This document shows, in pieces, positions 36,431 through 48,949 of a DNA stretch of 64,000 nucleotides; the first letter of the stretch is position 1, and each line of letters starts with the position of its first letter. Source of the stretch: Macrostomum hystrix. Its lineage: Eukaryota > Animalia > Platyhelminthes. The notes beneath the pieces were generated by a model. It searched no databases, was not told the DNA's origin, and was given only the letters and a program-made list of their open reading frames with translations. Position numbers and translations under genes: made by a program. The stretch is taken from contig CATNEN010000034.1 of the NCBI GenBank assembly GCA_950097015.1, positions 1,736,001 through 1,800,000 of the forward strand. The letters run 5' to 3'.

Positions 36431-37813
36431 TCAGAAGATCATCGGCACAACCTTGTAGGGCACCAGTTTGCAGTACTCAGTCCAGTACTTGCCATACTTC
36501 TCGCGGCACTTTTTATCGTCACGAAAGCTACGATGGAACAGCAGAATGGACAGGAAGATAAAGTACAGATAGGGGATCACGTGACAACCGGAGCCGCACA
36601 CCGCCGACCAGCACAGCGTCAGGCTGAGCTCCGGGATGTAATGGAAGTGACGCGACACGGCCCAGAAGCCGCTGGCCAGAAGCACCGACTCTCGCTCTTC
36701 GCCGCTGTCCAGCCGGTACTTGGCCCGGATCACCCGCGCCTGCCGGCCCCAGATGGTCAGCAGGCCGTCAGCGGCTCTGGCGGCCTGCTTCTGCCAGTCG
36801 CTCCAGTAGTTCACAGCCAGGCTGGCCAGGCCCGCGATGAGCAGGGCGGCAGTCCAGGCCGGACCAATGGCCTGGCCCTGGCGCACCATGAACAGGCTCA
36901 CCAAAGTGTAGAAGCTGGGCACGAAGCACAGGCAGCCCCAGCAGATGTAGAATCCGGCCCTGTCCGTGATGATGTCGATTGTGCGATAATAGCCAGCCTC
37001 CCACCAGAAGAATTTGGTCAGGTAGAGCAGCTGCAGCACTGTCGTGACCGCCACGCCGTCAACCACTCTTCCGTGAAGCTCGTAGCTTTTCAGAGCGAAC
37101 AGAGCCACCGCCAGGGCCCAGACGGTCAGGCCGAAGCGACAATTCGTGAACACTTTCACATCGATGCCGAAAATCCTCGGATAGAGCTCCGTGCCCCAGT
37201 AATAGTCGAACAGAAAGTTGCCGCTGCGACCGTGGTCAGTGGAGGTCGGAGCTAAGATTCCTTTGACGCAGAGCAGCAGACAGAAGACTAGGCTAAGCAG
37301 GATCGTGGAGGCTAGGAAGTCTCCGTAGTGATCGTACACGACAGTCGGCGTCAGGCCTCGCTGTTTCAAATATACCGTGCCGGCTGCGAATGTTGCCATG
37401 GTGATGAGGTAGCAAGCGAAGCCGTTGTCGCGGTACTCTGGCACGTGACCAGTTGGCGTCTCGGTGCCGTAGCTGACAGGCCCGGGAACCAGCAGCATCA
37501 GGAGCACCTGGAAGGCGCAGAATGCCAGAATAGCCGCGTACACAGCCCAATTAGTGACGCTAATCGAGGCCCAGACAATGCCAGGACCGCCGTGATTGGC
37601 CAGCCTGCGTCCCAGTTCCACTAGGCTGCCTTCGCAGTGCACGGAGGCGTACCAAAGATACATCACCGACTGCGGCACTAGCAGGATCAGCAGCAGGGGC
37701 ACCATGGTGCGGTTGAACAGCTTCGACAGGGTACCCTCCAGCTGCTTCTTGGTCGGCGGACGCTGCAGGCCACCGCTGGCTGGCGGTCTGGGGCTTCGCC
37801 CTTTCGCTACCAT
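36431..37813 (-). CDS. DHCR7: 7-dehydrocholesterol (sterol delta-7) reductase, ERG4/ERG24 family, intronless, DWF5-type
   Basis: 460-aa multi-TM ORF with TPTGHVPEYRDNG, SGNFLFDYYWGTELYPRI, DVKVFTNCRFG, KFFWWEAGY..TIDIITDRAGFYICWGCL, LLASGFWAVSRHFHY, HRSFRDDKKCREKYG and YCKLVPYKVVP motifs. Confidence 0.93.
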   Translation of the reverse strand: MVAKGRSPRPPASGGLQRPPTKKQLEGTLSKLFNRTMVPLLLILLVPQSVMYLWYASVHCEGSLVELGRRLANHGGPGIVWASISVTNWAVYAAILAFCAFQVLLMLLVPGPVSYGTETPTGHVPEYRDNGFACYLITMATFAAGTVYLKQRGLTPTVVYDHYGDFLASTILLSLVFCLLLCVKGILAPTSTDHGRSGNFLFDYYWGTELYPRIFGIDVKVFTNCRFGLTVWALAVALFALKSYELHGRVVDGVAVTTVLQLLYLTKFFWWEAGYYRTIDIITDRAGFYICWGCLCFVPSFYTLVSLFMVRQGQAIGPAWTAALLIAGLASLAVNYWSDWQKQAARAADGLLTIWGRQARVIRAKYRLDSGEERESVLLASGFWAVSRHFHYIPELSLTLCWSAVCGSGCHVIPYLYFIFLSILLFHRSFRDDKKCREKYGKYWTEYCKLVPYKVVPMIF

Positions 37814-38774
37814 TTCGGCTTTCTAAGAAATTGCAAGCTGAAGTGAGTTGGTCAATTGCGAAAAGCAGACTATTTCTTTTTAAGGTAACACTGCAGTTCC
37901 AAGGGTCGGTCAGTTTCTTCGCCCTATTATTAGCATTGCAGCTCTGATGTGTTAGCCAATCAACAAACAGCTGAGCAATCGAACCAACTGACCCGTGTCA
38001 AAGTACACAGAAAGCTGCGGGGTGGCTGTCTGGGTCCCCCCTGGCTCTCTCTCTCTCTCTTTCATGTGTCTCTTTCGCGTCCTATAGCTGTCTCTGCTAC
38101 CCCACCTCAGAGCCAGCCCCATTCTCAAGCGGGTTCTCGGTGGCGTGATTTTGTCAACCTTCTTGCCAATTTAGCTTTAGAATAGCTTTAGTATGCGAGT
38201 AGGTAGTATTCCTGCCAGCTAGTGTTGTGCCATTGCGTTCGCAGGTTGAATGCCGTAGCTGAGAATAAAAATAGAACACGATGAGGATTGAAGGCAATTG
38301 TCTGCATCGAGCTTTCGACTATTGAGCGAGTGAAAAGCCTCAAAGAAGGAAGGGTTCAGGAGGACATTGGGGAGAGGGGCGGCTCGAAGACTGTGTGATT
38401 ATCGATTTTTATTCCGCATCTAGCAGTCCAATAGAGACGGTTCGCGTCTCGTCCCCTCGGGGTTGGGGGTGGGGCAACACGCCCTCCAACACGCAGCAAC
38501 TCTTCCTCAGTTACAATTCTTTTCTCGTTAGCCTTCGGGTTTAACTAAGGGCGATCCCCACCTCCCTCCACTCTAACACTCGCTCAGTCTTCCTCTAACT
38601 GTCCCTGTCCCAACCTCAACTCCTGCAACGACTTAAGCTCACCAAACTTTGCGGTTGAGCAAGCACTCACACTCACAGAACTGCTCAACAATGTCCTCTG
38701 TTACTCGGCTCCTCTTTTAAGTACACTTTGCTTCTGTATGATTCAAAATTAAAGAATTGGAAAGTTTTGGGACA

Positions 38775-39580
38775 GTCTGTTCTGTAACAGGCTGTTCTGT
38801 GACTATATGTTCTGTAACAGGCTGTTCTGTGACTATATGTTCTGTAACAGGCTGTTCTGTGACTATATGTTCTGTAACAGGCTGTTCTGTGACTATATGT
38901 TCTGTAACAGGCTGTTCTGTGACTATATGTTCTGTAACAGGCTGTTCTGTGACTATATGTTCTGTAACAGGCTGTTCTGTGACTATATGTTCTGTAACAG
39001 GCTGTTCTGTGACTATATGTTCTGTAACAGGCTGTTCTGTGACTATATGTTCTGTAACAGGCTGTTCTGTGACTATATGTTCTGTAACAGGCTGTTCTGT
39101 GACTATATGTTCTGTAACAGGCTGTTCTGTGACTATATGTTCTGTAACAGGCTGTTCTGTGACTATATGTTCTGTAACAGGCTGTTCTGTGACTATATGT
39201 TCTGTAACAGGCTGTTCTGTGACTATATGTTCTGTAACAGGCTGTTCTGTGACTATATGTTCTGTAACAGGCTGTTCTGTGACTATATGTTCTGTAACAG
39301 GCTGTTCTGTGACTATATGTTCTGTAACAGGCTGTTCTGTGACTATATGTTCTGTAACAGGCTGTTCTGTGACTATATGTTCTGTAACAGGCTGTTCTGT
39401 GACTATATGTTCTGTAACAGGCTGTTCTGTGACTATATGTTCTGTAACAGGCTGTTCTGTGACTATATGTTCTGTAACAGGCTGTTCTGTGACTATATGT
39501 TCTGTAACAGGCTGTTCTGTGACTATATGTTCTGTAACAGGCTGTTCTGTGACTATATGTTCTGTAACGGACTGTTCTAT
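38775..39580. repeat. Near-perfect 30-bp minisatellite
   Basis: About 26 identical copies of tgttctgtaacaggctgttctgtgactata. Confidence 0.97.
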
Positions 39581-40139
39581 GATAGACAAGCTGTTCTTTA
39601 AGCGACAGTTTCTGATATTTTCACATACATTTTGACAAATACGAGTAAAACCCTGAAGTTACACTAAAAAGTTAAATTTGTCGCTTCCTCAGCCAGGGGG
39701 TATTATTAGCTGGCTAGACTAGCGCAGGAAGTCCTCATTGAACTGTTTACTCATTCAAATTTTACAGGTGCGCTGAAGATTCAGAAAATAAGTGCACAAT
39801 TGTACTTTTAGCTTGATACCACCACACCAGCTAGTGTGAGGTCAAACACAGCCAGAGCTATACGATAAAGGCTTTGCGTGCAGATAAATATTATCAGCAG
39901 AACTTCAGGCTCTGACGTGTTAACTCAGTGCAAATATATATTGCTTGAAGAAGCCTATATTGCGACTGCTTTTCGATAAGGAAATGAAAATTCGGCTGTG
40001 GGCTGCGGCAGGTTGGGTGTCTGACGTGACTCAGTTAAGAGGGTGCAGAACCCGAGCGCCTTTGCCACTATGACTGTGTCATTGTGTCTCGGAATGAGCC
40101 TTTTAGTCCAGGGGTCGGCAAACTTCAGTTCTTGACCCC

Positions 40140-40600
40140 TTTCACCTTTCACGTGTCTCATTTCCCCCGTGTCTCATCTCTCCCGTGTCTCATCTCTCCT
40201 GTGTCTCATCTCTCCCGTGTCTCATCTCTCCCGTGTCTCATCTCTCCTGTGTCTCATCTCTCCCGTGTCTCATCTCTCCCGTGTCTCATCTTTCACGTGT
40301 CTCATCTCTCCCGTGTCTCAGCTCTCCCGTGTCTCATCTCTCCCGTGTCTCATCTCCCCCGTGTCTCATCTCTCCCGTGTCTCATCTCTCCCGTGTCTCA
40401 GCTCTCCCGTGTCTCATCTCTCCCGTGTCTCATCTCTCCCGTGTCTCATCTCTCCCGTGTCTCAGCTCTCCCGTGTCTCATCTCTCCCGTGTCTCATCTC
40501 CCCCGTGTCTCATCTCTCCCGTGTCTCATCTCCCCCGTGTCTCATCTCTCCCGTGTCTCATCTCTCTTCTGTCTCATCTCCCCCGTGTCTCATCTCTCCC
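40140..40600. repeat. 16-bp minisatellite
   Basis: About 28 copies of cgtgtctcatctctcc, preceded by the hAT-like terminus caggggtcggcaaac at 40109. Confidence 0.93.
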
Positions 40601-41009
40601 ATTGCAACTAGTCGCAACTAAATCACGTTAAAAAATTCACGTTCTAGCTACTGAATTCAGTAGTTACGGTCTTAAATTATTTGCAATAAAATATGAGCCA
40701 ACTACCTTTTTGCTTAATGTGTGTTTCAAGTAATAAAATATATATATTTGTGTCCAAAAATCTAGACAAGCAGTATCAAATATCGAATGAGAGAAGATTA
40801 TGAAAGTTTAGAAAAAACGAATATTATTACTTCAGGTAAAACATTATTTAATTGGTGCTTAAAACTGTGGAAAATTGTCGAGTACTAATCATTTAATATT
40901 TATTGAATAGCAAGATAAACTGCTCAGTTATTTTCTTATTCGCAAATTTTATTGCTTTTCTTAGATTTCTCAGAAAGCACACGCGTCAACGCATCAAATC
41001 GCAGCCTTC

Positions 41010-44000
41010 TCATTCTCTGATGGATTCGCCGAATTCGAACTCTCGACCACTAACAGCTGACAGGCTGGTCCGCCTGGACACCCGACTCGAACCTTTGCAG
41101 CTGCTGCTGGTCTCAGCCGACCACTCGTTCGGGTGCTCAGACTGGTACACCCACCTCACCTGTCTATAGTACTGCTCATTCACTGCCAGTAGGTCAGCGG
41201 CCAGCTCCTGGTCTGTGGCGTGCTCGCTGAACAAGCAGATGACGCTGATGTGCAACTGGTGCAGCCGCATCGATATTTGCTTCATATTGTTTGCGATGCG
41301 CCCTGAGCAGTGAATGCCAGTGTTTCATAATGAGCTTTATTAGAATTCTGGTTCTAGCTCTGCTGCCCATAACTGGTATGTGTCATTTCGATGCTTATCA
41401 ATCAAAACTTCCCGATTCCTGACCTTTCCAATCCCTAAACTTCCCAATCCCTAAACTTCCCAAGAAAGTGAGTCATCTTTTCCGTGACGTCTCTCCTGTC
41501 GTGCTATCCAATGAAACCCAGTTTTTCAGGAAGGGCGTCCCTTAATCTTCACTCACTCTCATCGCTGGGCAAGTAATCCTCGAAGATATTGAGCCTGGGA
41601 TCCGGCACCAGGCGGTGCAGGAAACGACGCAGCCAGCTGCATAGGAGGGCCAGCAGCGTGTTCGCCAGCACCTCGCTGTCCTCAACAACGTCCTTCGGCC
41701 GATGAGATGCTTCTCGAGCCGCACGACGCTCTCGAAGCAGCACGGCTAAAAATAGGCAGGCCAGCAGGATGGCAGTGACTAGTGTTGCGGACACAATCAG
41801 GCAGGCGGCCAGCGATGGGGGACTGCCGATAGACCACTGAGCCGATCTGGCGTTCTCTGTCAGGTCGAGGGCAAAATTCGCTTTGATTGGGCATCTCGAA
41901 GCCCACCTCACACCCAGCCATTCCTTATCCTCCCAACACCCACCTCACACCCAGCCATTCCTTACCCCACCAACACCCACCTCACACCCAGCCATTCCTT
42001 ATCCTCCCAACACCCACCTCACACCCAGCCATTCTTAACCATCCCAACACCCACCTCACACCCAGCCATTCCTTATCCCCCCAAAACAACCTCACACGAG
42101 ACACTCCTTACCCTAGCAAAACCGACCTCACACTCAGCCATTCCTTTGAACTAGACTCTCAAAACTTACTCGTCACAGCGGCTAGAAGCGAAATCAATAG
42201 CGAGAAAAAGCCAGGCGCCGGCAGCGCGGATGCGGCAGGCGGCCTGGCAGCTCCCAGCACGTCAGCCAGTAGTGAAACTGTACCAGCAGAGCATAGCAAC
42301 AACATGGCAACCGCTAGGCACGTCAGACTAGCCGACGCTCGCTGCAGGGCTGTCCCAGACAGAGCCGATGGTTGTACAAACTGGACTAGACGAAGGCTGA
42401 ACAGAAATACAAGAACTGAGAGCAGATGGGTGAATGCCTGCCAAAACCGAGGGGGTTAAAGCGGAGTCCTTAGCATTTCCATTATTAAAAAAATGCTAAA
42501 TTCATCATTCAACAACCAACCTCGGCAGTTTCCACCGTTCTCAGCATTGTCGGAAAAGTATCGTCCAGATGGTACGCATCCGCAGCCGCTGGCGACGCCA
42601 GAAGGAGCCGCCTGGCTGCCTCGGTGTTGAAGGCGCACCGCATCGGCAATACCAGGAATGCGGCAGCTGCGGTGGCCAGCAGAATGCAGGCAGTCAGCGC
42701 CTGACAGAACCGGTTTAAACCGGTTTCTGACAGCAGGGCCCGGGCGAGCAGGAGGCTGGCGTGGACGCAGGCAGAGACAAGGCCGATCAGCTCGGCTGCC
42801 AAGGCCAGCGCGTCGCCAGCCGGCCATCTGGCGTAGTCTCGCACAGTTGCCACCCGGATGTAGAGTTCGGCGACTCCGGCGCCGACGGTGGGGAGCTCCA
42901 GCAGGGCCTGGCACACGGCCAATAGTCTATGGGCCGGCTGGTAGAGGAAGAACTCAACAGCTACGGCTCTGGTTTGCCTATCAAAGGCCCAACTGGAATT
43001 CGCTAGCTGGTTGATGGTTGCCATCGCAACGGTGATGTTTGCGTCCAGGTAGCGCGGTCGGCCTAGGCAGGGTCGGGCCGGGTATTGAAGGCCGGGTATT
43101 GAATAGCCGCAGCCAGCCTGCGCAAGGTGCGGTTGCTGATTAATGAGCCGGATGTATTTCTGCATCTTTGGATTTCAAGAAAACTTTTAGACTTCGGGAA
43201 TAATGGGATTTAGAGAATTATATAAACCAGGGGTTGGCAAACTCCGGCCCGCGGAACAGATGCGGCCCTCGAAGCTCCCAAATCCGGCCCGTTGCCCATC
43301 TAACACCTATAGTATCCTGTCTCATCTATTCTGTCTCATCTCTCCCCTTTCTCAAATTCCTACTGTCAGTCCGGCCCGCTGTCGTCTTTAAGATTCTCTC
43401 CGTGGCCCGCACGCTAATAAGTTTGCCAATCCCTGAAAAAATAATGTCTTTGTTATATTATATTATTTTATTTTAAAGGCCGTTTTTAATTGTCCTGTCA
43501 GAGAGTTGGGCGAAATTGAACGAATGAGATCACAACGTTATCCATGATTCGCCCACCGCCGCCACGCCGTCAGCAGCTTTCGTAGCTCCGGGATCCTCGT
43601 CGGAAAGTAGGCAATACCGACCGTTGGCGCCGATCAGCGCGGCCGGCATTGAAGCCGGGCATCGGACGGAGGCACCGCGCATTCGACGCAGCCTGGGCGG
43701 CGACGACTTCGGCCAAATTAGCGAGGCGTCGTGCGAGTAGACGAAATTGTTTGAGGACGAATTCCATTGGGCTGGGCGGAGGAGGCCGGCGCTGCCGTAC
43801 AGCCCGGGCAGCAGGGTGAGCCGGCACCACCGCCAGAAGGCGACAGCGTCGCGCACCGTAGTCAACGGCTGGGTGGCATTTCTAGGAATCCGACCGACTC
43901 CAAGGCCGCGCGGAGCATCGACTAGCAGACTGCGCAGATGCTGCCGTAGGCGCCAGTTCGCGCCGCCGTCGCCGCCGCCGCCGCCGCTGGCGGAGCCCGC

Positions 44001-44180
44001 AGCCGCCAGTGCCAGCAGGCACAGCTGTAGAAATGTGGCCAAGGCGAGGATCAGTCGGCGACGGCGACTCGGCGAGGGTCGAGATTGCGACAGGAGACCC
44101 CAGGGCAGCCAGTCGGGCAACCGGCGAGGTCGGCCGGATGATTTTGAACGGCTTCGTTGGGAATTCCCACCGGTTATCAT
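41010..44180 (-). CDS. Divergent polycystin (PKD2/PKD1L, TRPP-like) six-TM membrane protein, 5 exons, about 717 aa
   Basis: Exons 43557-44180, 42521-43165, 42170-42437, 41557-41880 and 41010-41302; frame consistent, 2154 nt. TOP/polycystin-domain motifs FWRWCRLTLLPGLY, PPRLRRMR...C and WAFDRQTRAVAVEFFLYQP...LLELPTVG, then S2-S6-like hydrophobic segments. Some splice sites are weak and upstream exons cannot be excluded. Confidence 0.72.
41900..42145. repeat. ~37-bp C-rich minisatellite in polycystin-like intron
   Basis: About 6 copies of cacccacctcacacccagccattccttatcctcccaa. Confidence 0.88.
43228..43435. mobile_element. hAT (Charlie-type) MITE in polycystin-like intron
   Basis: TIRs caggggttggcaaact / agtttgccaatccctg, with internal ccggcccgc...gcggccc motifs typical of Charlie-type MITEs. 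TSD not recognisable. Confidence 0.65.
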
Positions 44181-44679
44181 GGCAACTGATAGCAGCGAGA
44201 GAACGGGAAAGGTGATTTTGGTGCAATATGAAGCCGATAGATAGGCTTTGAAATGTCTCGAATGCATTTTAAACATGTTTTTTCGGAGTCGGAGATAAAA
44301 AGGCTTTGTTAGGCATATTCACTACAGCCCACTCATCTGTAAGTCATGGGAAAACTTTATGCCTGCGTTTTTTCTCAAACGTGAGCTTGAAGGGTGGAGG
44401 CTAGCAACCTGTTCTCTCTCAATTGTATTGTCTGTTGGCTAAGGCTGAAACTTTGCATTCTTTTTTCAGACTCACGGGCGGTTTAGAAATGAAAGACTTT
44501 GACAGGCCAGGAGCAACACGCATTGACAAACAGAATTAGCGATTGAAAGAAGACAGAAACAAAGAAATTGCATTTTTAACTACGCTAATTTTAGCCCATG
44601 GCAACAGTTTAATAATTCTCAGCTTTCGCCTTGTGATCTTGTCTAAGATAAAGAAGACTGAATTTCACAGTCCACCGTC

Positions 44680-44920
44680 ACAATCCACAGGTTCCACAGT
44701 CCAACAATCCACAGGTTCCACAGTCCAACAATCCACAGGTTCGACAGTCCAACAATCCACAGATTCCATAGTCCAACAATCCACAGATTCCATAGTCCAA
44801 CAATCCACAAATTCCATAGTCCAACAATCCACAGATTCCATAGTCCAACAATCCACAGATTCCATAGTCCAACAATCCACAGGTTCGACAGTCCAACAAT
44901 CCACAGATTCCATAGTCCAT
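44680..44920. repeat. 24-bp minisatellite
   Basis: About 10 copies of caacaatccacagattccatagtc. Confidence 0.92.
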
Positions 44921-46464
44921 TGTCCATCGAGTTCGGGTTTTCGCTTTAAGTTCAGAGCATTTGCTCTTGCGAACATGATAAGAAATGTGATTTTTAGAGC
45001 AATCTAGCTCTTGAGCACTGCCTGTACGGATGCTCATTAATCGCATATTGAGAAGGCAATTTACACTCCTTACCTATGGAATTGCAGCGGGGATAAAGAT
45101 CCCGTCAGCCCGCTGTCTCCTGGGATTATGTTCGCTAGGGAACTAGACATGTGTAGTCCCAACAGAAAATCGATGTTCGGACTAGCACTGCATATTAGCA
45201 TATTGCGGGTCACACAAGCGATATTGAGGAATGCAGACAGCGCATGGGACCCTCAACAGCATGGAGACAGACGCCCTGTCTCAGATTCTAAAAGTGGTAT
45301 TCAATACTACAAAGTACATTACAACTGACCTTCTGTCTACATTTACATTGGCTGACCGTTTTTTATCTTCCAACTGCACCAATTCTCTCAATCACTTTAC
45401 TTCCTTACCAGACAGCGAATTCACGGACTCAAGATTTGAGTTCAGGATCTCATTCTCCCATTCACGGAATCTCATTCTCCCATTCACAGAATCTCATTCT
45501 CCCAATTCACAGAATCTCATTCTTCCCATTTACAGAATCTCATTCTCCCCATTCAATCAGTATAAACATGGCTCATTTCCAACGCATGCGAAGGGTAAAA
45601 GTTGCTCACCAAGTTGAATATCAATTACAGCAGCGTTATGCCCAGAGAGAAGTATCTTAATGCAGATGCCGTGCTTTGCTAAGTTTTTTGCAGCTCCTTT
45701 TAGTTTCTCCCCAGTCTATCGTACTGTCATCCCATAAGAAGTTTGGCCACTCACTAATAGCCGCCAACCATTGGTTGCTGAGCGCCGTTGCCACTGTAAA
45801 TAAACTGCACAGCGCGGCACCCGTTGTTGCAGCAGTGTTGCATGGGGTAACAACTCAGTACTCTATCTGGAAGGAGGGTTGAAGACACGTCTGTGAGAGG
45901 GACCTAGGGCCTTTCTCTCAACACACTCAACACTAAGCACATTATATTCTTCCCGTAAGGCATCGGCGTCGTTTCATAGCTAATTTTATATTCACCAAAT
46001 AGCAGCTAAGCTGCATGGCCAAGAGACTCCGCTGCCTTCTGCCGTATCTTGTTGTCAGAAATTTCAATATTTGAGTACACTTTTTTGAGCAGTCGTGGCG
46101 GAACAATTGTCTCACTGCCAGTCATGTTGCTTTTACCTTTCTTGCTGCTGTTTTTTCACTTCTTCGCATTGGCCACTGGTTAAAAAAACACGGTTGCTAT
46201 GGTTATACAGAGTATTGAGATTTTCTCTTAAAACTCACATGGCTAAGTCCCTCGGAGCCTATTAAATTCCTGTCGTGAAATGCCAGGAATAAGCAAAGCC
46301 CTCCACAGTAACGCGACAACGTAATCTAACATGGTTGAAAGCAAGAGGGTGGTTACTACTGCTTACAATGAGCTCCAACTGAAAAGAAAATTAGACAAAA
46401 CCTGATCTTAATTGGATTGAGATCTTGTCATCCTCGAGCTAATTTCAGATAATCAGATAATTTG

Positions 46465-47320
46465 ACCCAGCTGATCCCACACGATATGACCATTATGACC
46501 CAGCTGATCCCACACGATATTACTATTGTAATCCAGCTGATCCCACACGATATTACTATTGTGACCTAGCTGATCCCACACGATATTACTATTGTAATCC
46601 AGCTGATCCCACACGATATTACTATTGTAATCCAGCTGATCCCACACGATATTACTATTGTAATCCAGCTGATCCCACATGATATTACTATTGTAATCCA
46701 GCTGATCCCACACGATATTACTATTGTAATCCAGCTGGTCCCACACGATATTACTATTATGACCCAGCTGATCCCACACGATATTACTATTGTAATACAG
46801 CTGATCCCACACGATATTACTATTGTAATCCAGCTGATCCCACACGATATTACTATTGTAATCCAGCTGATCCCACACGATATTACTATTGTGACCCAGC
46901 TGATCCCACACGATATTACTATTGTGACCCAGCTGATCCCACACGATATTACTATTGTAATCCAGCTGATCCCACACGATATTACTATTATGACCCAGCT
47001 GATCCCACACGATATTACTATTGTAATACAGCTGATCCCACACGATATTACTATTGTAATCCAGCTGATCCCACACGATATTACTATTGTAATCCAGCTG
47101 ATCCCACACGATATTACTATTGAAATCCAGCTGATCCCACACGATATTACTATTGTAATCCAGCTGGTCCCACACGATATTACTATTATGACCCAGCTGA
47201 TCCCACACGATATTACTATTGTGACCCAGCTGATCCCACTCGATATTACTATTGTGACCCAGCTGATCCCACTCGATATGACCAACATTACCAAGCTGAT
47301 CCCACACGATATGTCTATGA
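46465..47320. repeat. 33-bp minisatellite
   Basis: About 26 copies of cagctgatcccacacgatattactattgtaatc. Confidence 0.95.
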
Positions 47321-47919
47321 CCATTTCAATAAAAATGTCAAACTAAGCTGTTACCTTTAACTACAGTCACCCAATCCTGACCGACTAGGTTGGCGTGCAA
47401 TTTGACATAACATTATTAGCAAAATACTAGCAAAATCATAGCAGCGAAGTACACAATAGTACGCAAATTAACATGTACTTATCTGATTATGCGACAAGGC
47501 CAGAAAAAGGACAAAAACTTTGTGAGACAGAAAGAGAGAGACAGGGGCTCTCTCTGATGTCATCTGTCATCGCTCAGTTGGTTGACACGCCCATTATTGC
47601 GCATCGATTGTGCTCAATATATATAAATATATTTTACAATGCCAATTGTTCATGGACTTCATGGACTGAGCTGGTGAAGGGACCGAAGTGTCGGGTTAAG
47701 CAACAATTAAAAACAATAAACAAAAATGACTAAATAAGACTAACCAACCAAGCAGACAAATACAACAGTTGGACACAAACAAAGCATTTTTAATAGAAAG
47801 GCTTACAAATAAGGACAAGTACAATTAGAAAAGTATTTCTCTGACAGATAATTGTGAACTTTCTATTTCTGCTTCCATGACATTCAACAATACAGAATAA
47901 AAAGTGTGAAGATGGAAAG

Positions 47920-48090
47920 GTTTACTGGGGTAGATCAGAGGGTAGGGAGCGTTAACTCGGGTAGATTAGAGGGTAGGGAGGATAAATGGGGTAGATCAGA
48001 GGGTAGGGAGGATAACTGGGGTAGATCAGAGGGTAGGGAGGGTTAACTGGGGTAGATCAGCGGGTAGGGACGGGAAGGTTTAACTGAGGG
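47920..48090. repeat. ~30-bp G-rich tandem repeat
   Basis: About 5 copies of ggggtagatcagagggtagggaggataact. Confidence 0.8.
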
Positions 48091-48949
48091 TCAAACAGTT
48101 CGAAATTGTGAAACTGGGGTTAGAAAAAAAGTAGATTTAAAAGAGATTTGAGGTGCAAATTTAAGTAAACACTCAGGTATACACATTTTTGCGAAAACAG
48201 TTCCACATAAAATCACAAAAAACACAGTAGCTATATAAATAATGTTACATAAAAATCTAAGAGAAGCTATTGGTGCCTATATATAGTCATACAGAAATAA
48301 ATATTCATTAACATAAGACTTTCTTGAACTGAATTCGTCTGAAGTGTCAATTGGCGACCCAGAGGACCATATTCCCGAACAAATAGGATCAATCAATGAA
48401 AATATATCATAAATTTACTTATAATAATAGGAAAACAATAAATTTCAATAGTTAGTGTGCGACTCTCGTCCAGTAATAAATTGATGAAAAATTATAAACC
48501 AATTCAACTAGGCAAGCAAGTCAACCCTAGGACGGGAAATTAAAAAAAAGCGAAGAAGGGTGCCAATGGCAGTGCAGTAATAAAATGGCGACTACAAATA
48601 AATAAACTGATAGATAAACTGTTCAAGAATGAAATAGGTGGGAGATGTACAAAACACTGGGGACAGACACATAGTAAGAGGAGATAGAAAGAGAGAGAAA
48701 ATGTTTTTAATCACTGGGAGCAAAGTTAGCACAACACAGAGAAGGAAAAAGTACAAAGTGAATATAGAGAAATTCGCTTACAAGAGACCTTTTTAATGGT
48801 TGACCAGCTGCTAGCCGTTCGCCATATAGCTGCGCTAATTTAATTAGCATTTATATGGCACCTGGCGGACTAAAGACGGTTACTTTAGATTGTAATTCGC
48901 GTTCAAACAGAGAAGCAAGCGAGTACGCAAATTTTGTTTAATTAAAAAG

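Noticed and set aside
38200-38720. Possible solo LTR upstream of DHCR7 (aataaa, ...ggggcaaca)
   Set aside because: No TSD or matching boundaries could be defined, and there is no second copy in the window.
38717-39635. Long ORFs of 264-292 aa on both strands
   Set aside because: They are translations of the stop-free 30-bp minisatellite in several frames, with no non-repeat domain. The same applies to ORFs over 4283-4822, 6835-7689, 29382-29845, 40084-40631, 44543-45046 and 46453-47346.
45060-45330. Possible upstream exon of the polycystin-like gene (GTAAG donor near 45073)
   Set aside because: No recognisable protein motif and no confident acceptor or phase match.
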